A stretch of DNA of 40,598 bases from Octopus sinensis (Eukaryota): NCBI RefSeq assembly GCF_006345805.1, contig NW_021835362.1, forward strand, positions 1 to 40,598. The letters run 5' to 3'. Positions 23,395-35,022 of the stretch are shown in pieces (position 1 is the stretch's first letter; each line of letters opens with the position of its first letter). A program made the position numbers and the translations under genes. The notes beneath the pieces were generated by a model. The model was not told the origin of the DNA. It was given only the letters and a program-made list of their open reading frames with translations, and made no database searches.

Positions 23395-25200
23395 GGATGT
23401 CTGATAATTATCGCAGCATCTGTCTGTTAGCTGTTGCTGGAACGGCCTTTTGTAGGGTTAATGCTGAACAGATTGCTTCTGCACATTACTCATGAGGTTC
23501 TACCAGAATCGCAATGTAGATTTAGGGACAGTAGGAGTACTATGAATATAATATTTCCAGCTAAACAGTTGCAAGAGAAGAGCATCGAACAGAATATGGA
23601 CTTATATCAGGTTTTCATTGACTAACGAAAGTATTTGATTCTGTCTCTAGAGTTGCACTTTGCCAGATCCTGGAAAAGCTAGGATGCCCTGAAAAATTTG
23701 TGAGAATGCTTAAACAATTTCATGGCAAGATTGAAGTGAGAGTTAATGTTGGAGGTACCTTATCAGATCCAATTTCTGTAGAAAATGGTGTAAGACAAGG
23801 TGATATTCCTGCTCCTACATTGCTTGCTGTGTATTTTGCAATAGTCTTTCAGATAACTTTTGAGGGTTGCACTGAAGGGATCGATATAAGATATATGACA
23901 ATAGAACAGGAAAACTATTCAATCTCAAAAGACTCGATGCCAAAACGAAAGTTCTGCATTCTCACCTCATTGAGTTTTTGTATGCAGATGATTGTGACCG
24001 TTTGGCACATTCTCAGAAAGATATGCAGCACATACTGAATGCGATTTCTGCAGCATGTGCAGCATTGGCTCTCACGGTCAATCTGAAAAAACTGGTATAA
24101 TGTACCAGCCTTCTCCTTCCAATATGTATGTGGACCCTTTTATAACTGTGATTCGTCAAAGGTTGGAGACTGTGTATAGATTTATTTATTTAGGAAAGTG
24201 CCTTGAGCATTGCTGGTCTTGATGATGAAATTTCATACAGAATCAGCAGGGCTTGTAGTGCTTTTGGTAGGCAGGACAAGTGTCTGTGGACACGACATAA
24301 TATATCTTCACAAATTAAAGTTAAGGTGTATAACATGTGCGTCCTGCCATCTTTGTTATATGGGAGTGAGGCATGAGTTGTTTACCGTAGGCAGGTAAGG
24401 CAACTGGATCAATACCATCAATAGTGTCTGAGAAAAAAATTGGTGGATAAACTGGAAAATGGTCATTAGTCGCGTGGAGGTGCTTGAGAGGAGTGGCAGT
24501 AGAAGTATAAAGTCAATGATTCTGCAAAGACGTTGAGGTGGAAGGGACATCTGATAAGGATGAATGATGAGAGACTGCCCAAGCAGCTTTTGTATGGTGA
24601 GCTGGAAGACGGTAGGAGAACAGCGCATAAACCTAGACTAAGGTTTAAGGATTGCTTTTAAAATGTTCTAGTACAGACAGGAATTGCAGTTGGTGATTGA
24701 GAGAAGGAGGCACAGGATCAGGATGGATGGCGGAAGACAGTGCATGGTGGTTTTTTGGGGTTTGAGAGGGGAGGAGTGAAGTATGAGTGAATTAGGAGGG
24801 AGCCTGTGGCGAGAAAGGGAATGTTGTTTTTTGTATGTGTGGTTTGTGGGAGGAGGTGTTTGAGTCGTGCTGGTCTGGTTAGCCATCAAACATCTCAGAA
24901 GAATCGACCATTATAAACCATGATGCAATTATTACAATTCACAACAGAACATGCGTAAAATGTGGAAGGGTGTGCCTCTCAGCTGGAGGTTTGAAAAGAC
25001 ATGTTAAGTGAGTGCATATGATGGCACCTGTTTCTCCTGCCTGCCTGCCATCACAGATGTGCAGTATGTAATAAAATGTGTAAAACTTTGGCTGGGCTTA
25101 AAAGTCATATAAGGGCATCACATGGCATCAATAATTAATCATTCCGGTAAGTCTTTTTGGCAATGGCATTTCTCGTCTAACGAGGGTGCAGCTGTGTGAC
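23395..25200 (+). mobile_element. 5'-truncated, decayed RTE-clade LINE (RT domain and C-terminal zinc-finger-like motifs)
   Basis: LPESQCRFRDSRSTMNIIFPAKQLQEKSIEQNMDLYQVFID, NGVRQGDIPAPTLL, YADDC-like motif, LLYGSE, RLPKQLLYGEL; many stops and frameshifts. Confidence 0.9.
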
Positions 25201-25220
25201 TATACACACACACGCACACG

Positions 25221-25280
<60 letters not shown>

Positions 25281-25288
<8 letters not shown>

Positions 25289-25539
25289 TATATTAAATTA
25301 GAGATAAAACCACTATCAGGCAAATCATACAATGAAAAACTTAAGCCAATACATAAGATTATCTAATTTATATTATTTTAAATATATAACAAAATTATTT
25401 TTAAAATATTAAAAACATTTTAATAATTTTGTTATATATTTAAATAATATAAATTAAATAATCTTATGTATTGGCTTAAGTTTTTCATTGTATGATTTGC
25501 CTAATAGTGGTTTTATCTCTAATTTAATATAATATAATA
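25281..25539. repeat. 259-bp near-perfect fold-back element
   Basis: tattatattatattaaattagagataaaaccactatcaggcaaatcatacaatgaaaaacttaagccaatacataagatta and its reverse complement; arm matches 28085-28200. Confidence 0.9.
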
Positions 25540-25613
25540 TTTTACTATAAAATTGGATTCAATCCTAAATCTGATTTTTCCCTGTAAGTTTGGATTTATT
25601 CCCTAATATTTAT

Positions 25614-25652
<39 letters not shown>

Positions 25653-25734
25653 TGTATATACGTACGTATGTATTTATACATATATATATATATGTGTGTG
25701 TGTGTGTGCGTGCGTGCGTGCATGTACGTATGAA

Positions 25735-25766
<32 letters not shown>

Positions 25767-25767
25767 C

Positions 25768-26959
25768 TGAGTCGTCCGGTAAGTTCATACCGATTTTGAG
25801 TCGTTCATGTTCCAACTCGTTAGAACATGTCAAATCTATCGACCAATAAATATTCTTACATTTCCGGTTAGCGCACACTTCAAACTATCTCTTGAGAAAG
25901 TAAGTTTAAAATCATTTAATTCGTGTCAGTTTTACAAATGAAAGATTATCAGGTGCATTTATACACTAGATCCTTTTTTTTTTATCGTTAAGGCAAAAAT
26001 GCCTTGCAGGCAAAAAAAGATATGTACTATGTGCAGTGAAGGTGCTTTAGCCGACAGAACCGTATGGAAGAGGTTGGCTAAGTTTAGAGTTGGTGATTGT
26101 AGCCTTTTTGATGAAGAACACTCAGGCAGTGCACCCACTTCAAATGACGATCAAATTAAGACATTGATTGAGAATAATCCGCATTAAATAACGCGGGAAT
26201 TGGCAAAAACACTTATTGTATCAAAATCAGCCATCCATGAGCCCTTAATGAAGCTTGGGTACCAGATAATCTGAGTGAAAAGAATCTTTTGGGTCATATT
26301 TCTACCTTTGATTTGCCGTATAAATGCAATGAAAATGTAAACTTTTTGAAGCAAATTGTGACGGGTGATGAAAATGGGAACGTTATCAACAATATTCAGT
26401 GAAAAGGATTCTGAGCTAAGCGACATGAGCCTCCTTTAGCCACCCCAAAGCAGGTCTTCATCTTAAGAAGGTCATGCGCTGCATCTGGTGGGATTGGAAA
26501 GGGATCCTGTGCTATGAGCTTCTGCCAAGTAATTCTTAGAAGTACAGCTTGCAACTGGACAATTTAAAGGTAGCAATTCAAGAAAAACAGCCAGAAATGG
26601 CAAACAGGAAAGGTGTTGTTTTCTACCAGGATAATGCCAGACCCATCAAATATTGTTGCAGCTTGGCTGGTATGTTTACCCCACCCCCCATATTCATCAG
26701 ACATTGCCCCTTCGGATTTTCATTTATTCAGGTCCTTGCAAAATAATCTGTTTTAATTCTTTGGAGGACACAAAAAAAAATACCTTAATGAGTTCTTTAC
26801 CCAAGTTCTGAGAAAACGGAATCTTTAAGTTGAAGGAAAAATGGAGAAACGTTGTGCAACAAAATTGCTCATATTTAGTTGAATAGATATTTAATGGCAT
26901 AATTTTGTTTTGTCGTTTAATTTCTCTGAAATTTTGGCATGATCTTTTCGGACAACAAA
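25768..26959 (+). mobile_element. Decayed near-full-length mariner, same family as 29222-30512
   Basis: Degenerate TIRs gtcgtccggtaagttcataccgattt / aaattttggcatgatcttttcggacaac; IVTGDE, CIWWDWKGILCYELL, VVFYQDNARP. Confidence 0.88.
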
Positions 26960-27711
26960 ATATATATTCAATACACACACATATCTCATCACTCACCATG
27001 CTAACAGCAACTACTCTCCATGCATCATTGTGTTTTAATCTTCTTTTTTTTTAACTAAAAAGTTTGGAATCCATTAATTTTGATATCAATAACCGGCTGA
27101 TAATCACCCGTGATAATAAATAAGCTAATATCTACAGCAAAGACATATGTTCAAATGCACAAATGCATTGACAAATACCGATACACATGCACGCACTCAT
27201 AATCTATTCTGTAACCAATAAATAAAAAAATACTTCCCTGATTTCCTTTCAAGTACACCGCCGAAGCTGTCGTTTTCGGTGCCGATCCAAAGATTTGTGT
27301 AAATTAAACCTTCGTCTATCAACTCATAGTGATCGCCTCACCTTACGCTAATACTTACCTCTTCCCACACTTAATTCACACGTTCGCACAAACATATAAA
27401 CACACAAACGCACACACGCGGAAACACAGAAACACACACACACATACACACACACACACAGAAATACACAAACACAGAAAAAGAGAGACATATATATATA
27501 TATATATTTGAGTAATTGAATGAATTATCTTATTAAGGATAATTCGAAAGCTAACCGATAACGGGTAGCAAATTCACATCAGAAGAACACGGTTGAAGCT
27601 ACGTCCCTAGGGCATAGACTACGTGTCTTCGTGCGGAAATTTGTATGTTTATTTTAAAATTATAAATATATGAAAGAATGGAGTTGAACGACTAGTTAAC
27701 AAATATCCTTT

Positions 27712-27796
27712 ATTCTCGACATATGTTTCGAAGGCTGCATTTTCCTAATTCCGAAGGAATAAGGAGTACATTATGCAGATTTCTCATCAGGAAAAT
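27712..27796 (-). ncRNA. Type I hammerhead ribozyme, canonical core
   Basis: AUUUUC-CUGAUGA-G..CUGCAU..AUGCAG..C-GAAA-CAUAU-GUC-GAGAAU; predicted cleavage between 27718 and 27717. Confidence 0.8.
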
Positions 27797-27905
27797 CAAG
27801 GAATTTATGTCGACATCAAAATGCACAAAAATTATCGCCATGGGCTCCTTGAGAGCGGTCAGCTAAAAGTTTTTTGTGCATTTTGATGTCGACATAAGTT
27901 CCTTG

Positions 27906-27990
27906 ATTTTCCTGATGAGAAATCTGCATAATGTACTCCTTATTCCTTCGGAATTAGGAAAATGCAGCCTTCGAAACATATGTCGAGAAT
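27906..27990 (+). ncRNA. Type I hammerhead ribozyme, canonical core
   Basis: Inverted twin of 27712-27796; CTGATGA at 27912-27918, GAAA at 27973-27976, GTC at 27982-27984. Confidence 0.8.
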
Positions 27991-28042
27991 AAGGGATATT
28001 TGTTAACTAGTCGTTCAACTCCATTCTTTCATATACTTATAA

Positions 28043-28084
<42 letters not shown>

Positions 28085-28092
<8 letters not shown>

Positions 28093-29218
28093 TAAATTAG
28101 AGATAAAACCACTATTAGGCAAATCAAACAATGAAAAACATAAGCCAATACATAAAATTAATTAATTTATATTATTTTAAATATATATCAAAAGTATAAA
28201 AGTTTAATAAAAGATAAAGAGTAAAACACTACGATCGTTTCATGGCTGTACAATTCGTAATAATCGAGTTATGGTTACAGTCAATCTTCAGGTTAATTGA
28301 AATATCTAAAATATAATCAGAAATATTTAAGCAATATCTTTAAGATATGAATAATATAATAATTTTACTTATAATAAACTCTATTATCAAACTAGAAACA
28401 TAAAACTTAACAATTATGATTATATCAAAATCGACTATAATGTTAAATATTAATTTTAATTTATAAGGTAGGAAACCCAACAATAATCTAATATCGGTAT
28501 TAGTCTATATCTAATTACATAAATATTTTAAAATGACTAATATATATAAATTATCAATGAAAATATATAAATGTATATAAATATTAAGATCTAAAATAAT
28601 CTCTATAAATAAATATATATGCACATATAATAAAAACCTAATAAATTAATTTTTCATATTTAAAGATGAAATAGCTAATTTCAAAATACAAATAAACAAA
28701 CTTAAACAAACTTTCGGAAATCTTATGTAAAATACTTATAGAAATAATCATTTCGTAGTAATATAGTATCGAATAAATACTATAAATACTATAAATATAA
28801 TTATCAATGGGAATAACTAGCGAATATCAATTTAAAGAAATAACTAAGTTATGCTATTAACTTAGACATGGCCTGGACCAATCTTTAGTCGAAACATATC
28901 TAAGTTTATCAAAGTTTATCTAATTTAATTATAAATTTAAAACTACAATTAATATTATTAAAACATGTATATACAAAAGCCTAACTTAATACACCTCGTA
29001 TGCTTGCTATCAAATAACAAATCTATCGCTAAGTAGTATCTTACGAATAAACTTAAGTTTAATATCTAATAATATAGAAAATTACGATAATTAGATCATT
29101 ACATAAACAACGATATTTACATAAGGAAAATATTATTACACCAAAGACTTATACAATATTAAAATTTACAATTTGAAGATCTTAAATATAAATAAATACT
29201 TATCTTAGCGAGGTTTAT
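28085..29218. mobile_element. Very AT-rich repeat, possibly Penelope-related
   Basis: Left end shared with the 25281-25539 fold-back; abuts (TA)n; contains a weak HHR-like motif; no clear protein motif found. Confidence 0.4.
28225..28296 (-). ncRNA. Weak hammerhead-like motif
   Basis: CUGAAGA-U-UGACUGUA..UACAGCCA-U-GAAA-CGAUC-GUA; palindromic stem III ACGAUCGU; stem I only about 2 bp and U-U at 10.1/11.1. Confidence 0.4.
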
Positions 29219-29221
29219 ATA

Positions 29222-30512
29222 TTGGGTTGTCCAGAAAGTTCGTGCCGATTTATAGAAGCTTACCTTTTGACTTATTTTAGAATATGGTTGAGTCCATAAA
29301 ATAGGATTTGGCTACACCTCCATTTAGAGAACAGTTTAAGCTATCTTTTCATGGAAGAATGTTTATGTTCCTATAACCTGTTTTAATTCTGTAACCCTTT
29401 AAATGGAAGATAAGAAAGTTCATTTTCAGCACTTGATGCGTTTCTTTTTCCGTAAAGGGAAAAATGCCTCACAAGGAACCAAAGAAATATGCGTAGTTTA
29501 CGGTGATGTTTCTTTATCCGAAAGAACTGCACGGAAGTGGTTCGCAAGGTTCCGTGCTGGAGATTGTAGCCTTATTGATAAAGAGCAATCAGGCAGACCA
29601 TCTACTACGGATGATGACCAAATCAAGCCATTAATTGAGAATAACCCACATTGCACAATCCGAGAATTAGCAAAAAGCCTCAACCTATCAAAATCCGTCG
29701 TTCATGAGCCCCTGGGAAAGCTTGGGTACACAAATCGCTACGATGTTTGAATACCACATGAGCTGAGTGAGAAGAACCTAAGAACCTTTTGGATCGCATT
29801 TCCATCTGCGATTCGCTTTGTAAACAGAATGAAAACGCACGTTTTTTAAAGTAAATTGTGACAGGTGATTAGAAATGGATTATCTACCGAAATGTTCGGA
29901 GAAAGCGATCCTGGAGTAAGCGACATGAGCCACTCTTAGCCACCCCAAAAGCGGGTCTTCACCCTAAAAAAGTCTTGCTTTGTGTCTAGTGGGATTGGAA
30001 AGGAATTCTTTACTGTGAGCTTCTCTCAAGTAATCAGACAACTAACTCTGAGAAATACTGCACACAACTGGACGAGTTAAAAGTAGCAATTCAAGAGGAA
30101 CATCCAGAATTGGCCAACGGGAAGGGTGTTGTTTTCCAACATGATAATGCAAGACCGCACGTTTCTTTGGTAACCAGACAAAAATTGCTGCAGCTCGGCT
30201 GGGATGTGTTACCCTACCCTCCATATTCACCAGATATTGCTCCTGCAGATTTCCACTTATTCAGGTCTCTGCAGAATAGTCTCAATGGTAAAAATTTCAA
30301 TTTCTTGGATGACGTCAAATGATGTCTTGATAAATTCTTTGCCATGAAACCACCTCAATCCTGGAAAGAGGGTATTTTCAAGTTAAAGGAAAGATGGAGA
30401 CGCATTGTGCAACAAAATGGTTCATATTTGGTTGATTAAAAATGTAATGGCAAGTATTTATTGACCTTTTTCTTTCCTTTAAAAATTGGCACGAACTTTC
30501 CGGACAACCCAA
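29222..30512 (+). mobile_element. Full-length decayed mariner (D,D34D type)
   Basis: TA-flanked TIRs ttgggttgtccagaaagttcgtgccgattt / aaattggcacgaactttccggacaacccaa; transposase 29403-30439 with IVTGD, FQHDNARPH, YSPDIAPADFHLF; stops and a frameshift. Confidence 0.95.
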
Positions 30513-30522
30513 TATATACATT

Positions 30523-30554
<32 letters not shown>

Positions 30555-30945
30555 ATATTAATAAATATAAGAGTAGCAAAACATTCTCCGCTACCAGCGG
30601 TCCAGTGAGAAAGAAAAGATAGTCAAAGACTATATAATATACATTCAAAAATATAAGGAATGGCCATAATAGGACATTCGACTCACTAGAAAGAGCAGCC
30701 AAACTCAAACCGCTAATAGTTGTAATTCTGAAATTGAAAGAGAAATAGAAACGTTTACCCTTTCATCTCTGGACTATGCATAGTTTCGGCAAACTTTAGT
30801 AAGCAAATTAATTAAATTAAATTAAATTTATATACAACTGGCGTGCCTCGTCAGCAGAGAAGCCAAGGACGAACATATATCCACGAGGCGATAGTAAGGA
30901 AGCCTCAAGTCTATATGCTATAAATTTTCAAAATCTACCGCAATA
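30555..30945 (-). mobile_element. Solo diverged monomer of the HHR repeat family
   Basis: Shares cgctaccagcgg, agaaagagcagcc, gtaattc.gaaatt, tttaccct and cacgaggcg blocks with the 474-bp unit; flanked by (TA)n. Confidence 0.8.
30766..30860 (-). ncRNA. Type I hammerhead ribozyme, fully canonical
   Basis: UCUCUG-CUGACGA-GGCA..UGCC-GAAA-CUAUGCAUA-GUC-CAGAGA; stem I 6 bp, stem II 4 bp with G10.1-C11.1, palindromic stem III; cleavage predicted between 30772 and 30771. Confidence 0.88.
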
Positions 30946-31039
30946 TATACATATATACATACATGCATTTATATATATATACATATATTTATATATATAT
31001 ATATATAAATATATATATTTATATACATTTATATATATA

Positions 31040-31560
31040 TACATATATTTAAAATATTACATTATATAAAAGGGCTTAGTAAAATAAATTACTTTGCCAC
31101 ATACTGAACTCATTAGAAATAGCAGCCAAAAAAGTTTTTTAGCTATTTCTAATACTTAAAGAAAATTTCTCTCTGATAGTGTTTACTCAAAATAACCCAC
31201 GAAGGTATGGGGGTAAAAAGCATTAAAAAATCACAAGAACAAAGATTATTTGAGAACGTTACGTTTCTAGATCAGCCAAATAAAATTCGACATTTCTTTC
31301 GTCAGCCCAAAATTTCTTAATTTGGATTTGGAAACACTGAAAGTAGGAACATACCCTTTTGGCGACTTAACACCTCAGACGACCCGTTCAAACTGACAGT
31401 GCCAACAAATTCAAAATATGCAAGCGAAGAATTCCTGCTCTCCCCTTCCACCCACGTGGGCCAAACTAGCAAACACCATATTTTAGCGGTGAAAACCGAG
31501 GCAATAAACAGAGAGAAATGAATTATAATTTCAACAATTTAGGGTAAAATTAATTAGTTA
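31040..31560 (-). mobile_element. More distant HHR-bearing relative
   Basis: actcattagaaatagcagcca and caatttagggta resemble the 474-bp unit; follows a (TA)n tract. Confidence 0.5.
31249..31311 (-). ncRNA. Type I hammerhead motif with A-A at 10.1/11.1 and GUU triplet
   Basis: UUUGGG-CUGACGA-A-AGA..UCU-A-GAAA-CGUAAC-GUU-CUCAAA. Confidence 0.65.
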
Positions 31561-31713
31561 TTAATCAATTTCACCAAGTATTCAGTATGTAAAAGGACCA
31601 TGGTAAAAGGACCAAGTATTCAGTATGTAAAAGGAATTGGTGAAATTGATTAATAACTAAGACACACACATACACACACACACACACACACATGTATATA
31701 TATATACTTTTAA

Positions 31714-32666
31714 GGGACAGGAGATTGTCCCCATTCAACTAAAATTTATACTAAAGTTTATACAAAATAGCTTTCAAACTGGATAGATTGCGATTATAAA
31801 GAGATTTGTGGGGAAAAGTTTTTCCGAGGGTTTGGAGAGAGGAGTGTCGGAAAAAGAATGAAGAAGACTACATAAGTTGGAATTTTTCTGTTTTCATGGT
31901 GATTTTTTCCATTGTTTTATTTTTTTTCTTCACCACAGCCTCAAAATGATGTGAGCGTGGGTGGGAGGGCATCTATTTTATGAAAAAAATGTTTTGAAAT
32001 TTTTTGATCCTTTTTACTCTCCTCAAAATCCCACGCCGGACCAGTTTTGGCCAATTTTGTGGCACTTAAAAACTATGGGAGGAGCCGCTTCGATAAAAAA
32101 AAAAAAAAGAATGAAAAAGTAAATATTTCAAAGTAAAAGGTGTGCGATACAAGAAAGATTTGGCTGTTGTTTCTAGCAAATCCGAAAGCCACACTCCTCG
32201 TATTCACTCTCACATGTATTCACTCACATGTTTTTGATGTATTGATGTTTTCTTCCCCCAAGGCGGCGAGTTGGCAGAATCGTTAGCACTCCGGGCGAAA
32301 TGCTTACCGTGTATATCGTTTGTCTTTACGTTCTGAATTCAAATTCCTCTAAGGTCGACTCTGCCTTTTATTCTTTCGCGTCGATAAATTAAGTACCGGT
32401 TGCATACTGGCGTCGATCTAAAATACTCACCCCTCCCACAAAGTTTCGGGCCTTATTCCTAGAGTAGAAAAGAATATTTTCCTCTCACGCAACACATTTT
32501 ATGGAATGATGATGCCAAAGTAACGCACGCCTAATCCTTTGGTGGGATTGATGGGACAAAAAACAATAATAATAATAATAATAATTAAAATTTCTACCCC
32601 AACCTCAATCAAGCGAGGCCGTGTGTGTTTGTAGGAACAAATATTTTCTTCTAGAAAAGTATGCTT
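31714..32666 (+). mobile_element. Unclassified non-autonomous element with TTAA-flanked ends, interrupted by a SINE
   Basis: TTAA|gggacaggagattgtcccc ... agaaaagtatgct(t)|TTAA; homologous to 35641-36630 (reverse), 32840-33090, 36720-37180 and 37670-38420. Confidence 0.65.
32260..32478 (+). mobile_element. tRNA-derived SINE
   Basis: ggcggcgagttggcagaatcgttagc (A box), gaattcaaattcc (B box), gtcgataaattaagtacc. Confidence 0.85.
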
Positions 32667-32839
32667 TTAAAAAGAAATTATCTTTTTACATACCTCGTAT
32701 TTTAAAAGAAATCAGTGTGGATAAATGGCATCGATGACCTTCTGAGGTTCTTCAATATTTTAAATTATAAGCAGATACAATAGGGTTCGGGAAGTGGGGT
32801 TGAAAAATATAAATTCTCAATTTTTTTTTTAACATAAAT

Positions 32840-33090
32840 ATATTTATGGTGAGAAAAAGATTTTGACAGATATCAATGCATGCGAGATTGAGAAAGAAAC
32901 GGAGAAGGTTGTCTTGGGATGTGCTAGAAACAACAGCCAAATCTGCCGTAGATCGGATACATTTTGCTCTGAAAATATCTATAATTTTTTTTATTTTACC
33001 CCAAAGATTCCTCCCATAGATTTTAAGTGCAGAAAAAAGAAGAAGAAATTGGCCAAAACGTGTCTGGAGGGGGAAGAGAAGATGAGCGGG
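32840..33090 (-). mobile_element. Partial copy of the TTAA-flanked family
   Basis: ggatgtgctagaaacaacagccaaatct...ttttaagtgc...aattggccaaaac. Confidence 0.65.
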
Positions 33091-33602
33091 TACTTTTTCA
33101 AGTGTATGTGTGTGTATATGCATACATACACACACACACATATACGCTAACAGATTTACCCGGCGTTTCCCAGGTTCAAGATAATAATGAGATTTTATTC
33201 AAAAATTTGAAATACTCTTTCTCCCTGATTTGGGATTTTTTATTCGCATCCACAGCAACCCCTGCTGCTACCGTCAACTATAGAATAACTATCTCAGTTT
33301 ATCATACTTCGATATAGGAAAAATTTACAATCTTCTACGGACTAGTCTTAGCTTACTAACTTCCTCCGCCTTGGTCCTTGGATGTTACCTTTACATATCA
33401 TTATATATTGTGTGTGAGCCTGTGTGTGTGTGTGTGTGTGTGTATCAATATACATACATGAATATATATATATAAATATAACAATTTAGGAGTGACCCAA
33501 ACAGGTCACTCGTCCACCAGAAAGAGCAGCCATAACTCACACACCGCCAAGTAGTAGTAATTCAGAAATTAGGTGAAAATTTAAAAACATTTACCCTAAT
33601 TC

Positions 33603-33706
33603 ATCTTTTAGACGTTGCAACGTTTCTGTGTCATTAATGATTAAATTAGCTTAATTAAATTAAATTAAGCTAATCTACCATAGGTTACACTTCATCAGTA
33701 AAAAAC
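33603..33706 (-). ncRNA. Type I hammerhead, array copy 1
   Basis: GUUUUUUA-CUGAUGA-A-GUGU..ACAC-A-GAAA-CGUUGCAAC-GUC-UAAAAGAU; predicted cleavage 33611/33610. Confidence 0.8.
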
Positions 33707-34073
33707 CTGGGAGAGACAAATATACACGAGGCGTCTGTATCGATGCCTACGGAATATCTGTCTTAAAATTTTCAAGACTGACGTATTCGCGCCAAACTTA
33801 TCAGCAGTAAATATAAACTGCGATTCAATCTCAGAATTATTCAGAAAATTATCAATTAGTCAATTTAGGGTAGCAAAAAAAATCAATAGAAATTTATCGC
33901 TACCAGCGGCCTGGTGGAAAAGAGAAAATAGTCATCGACTAATATATAAATATAACATTTAGGAGTGACCCTAACAGGTCACTCGTCCACCAGAAAGAAC
34001 AGCCATAACTCACACCGCCAAGTAGTAGTAATTCAGAAATTAGGTGAAAATTTAAAAACATTTACCCTAATTC

Positions 34074-34177
34074 ATCTTTTAGATGTTGCAACGTTTCTGT
34101 GTCATTAATGATTAAATTAGCTTAATTAAATTAAATTAAGCTAATCTACCATAGGTTACACTTCATCAGTAAAAAAC
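34074..34177 (-). ncRNA. Type I hammerhead, array copy 2 (AUC triplet, stem III mismatch)
   Basis: Plus strand reads ttttagatgttgcaacg instead of ttttagacgttgcaacg. Confidence 0.7.
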
Positions 34178-34547
34178 CTGGGAGAGACAAATATACACGA
34201 GGCGTCTGTATCGATGCCTACGGAATATCTGTCTTAAAATTTTCAAGACTGACGTATTCGCGCCAAACTTATCAGCAGTAAATATAAACTGCCGATTCAA
34301 TCTCAGAATTATTCAGAAAATTATCAATTAGTCAATTTAGGGTAGCAAAAAAATTCAATAGAAATTTATCGCTACCAGCGGCCTGGTGGAAAAGAGAAAA
34401 TAGTCATCGACTAAATATATAAATATAACAATTTAGGAGTGACCCTAACAGGTCACTCGTCCACCAGAAAGAGCAGCCATAACTCACACCGCCAAGTAGT
34501 AGTAATTCAGAAATTAGGTGAAAATTTAAAAACATTTACCCTAATTC

Positions 34548-34651
34548 ATCTTTTAGACGTTGCAACGTTTCTGTGTCATTAATGATTAAATTAGCTTAAT
34601 TAAATTAAATTAAGCTAATCTACCATAGGTTACACTTCATCAGTAAAAAAC
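34548..34651 (-). ncRNA. Type I hammerhead, array copy 3
   Basis: As copy 1; predicted cleavage 34556/34555. Confidence 0.8.
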
Positions 34652-35022
34652 CTGGGAGAGACAAATATACACGAGGCGTCTGTATCGATGCCTACGGAAT
34701 ATCTGTCTTAAAATTTTCAAGACTGACGTATTCGCGCCAAACTTATCAGCAGTAAATATAAACTGCCGATTCAATCTCAGAATTATTCAGAAAATTATCA
34801 ATTAGTCAATTTAGGGTAGCAAAAAAATTCAATAGAAATTTATCGCTACCAGCGGCCTGGTGGAAAAGAGAAAATAGTCATCGACTAAATATATAAATAT
34901 AACAATTAGGAGTGACCCTAACAGGTCACTCGTCCACCAGAAAGAGCAGCCATAACTCACACACCGCCAAGTAGTAGTAATTCAGAAATTAGGTGAAAAT
35001 TTAAAAACATTTACCCTAATTC

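Larger units (their letters stand above)
27654..28048. repeat. 395-bp inverted repeat (178-bp arms, 39-bp spacer) carrying one HHR per arm
   Basis: Arms 27654-27831 and 27871-28048; I counted about 3 mismatches. Confidence 0.92.

Noticed and set aside
15714-30439. Active transposase or RT genes
   Set aside because: All mariner, RTE and Penelope ORFs carry stops or frameshifts.
32260-32345. tRNA gene
   Set aside because: A and B boxes are present, but there is no cloverleaf and the sequence continues into SINE body.
33488-33530. Second hammerhead at the gagtgacc/ggtcactc hairpin of the unit
   Set aside because: Flanks (CUGGUGGA and CUAAA) do not match CUGANGA and GAAA; it is treated as an ordinary conserved hairpin.
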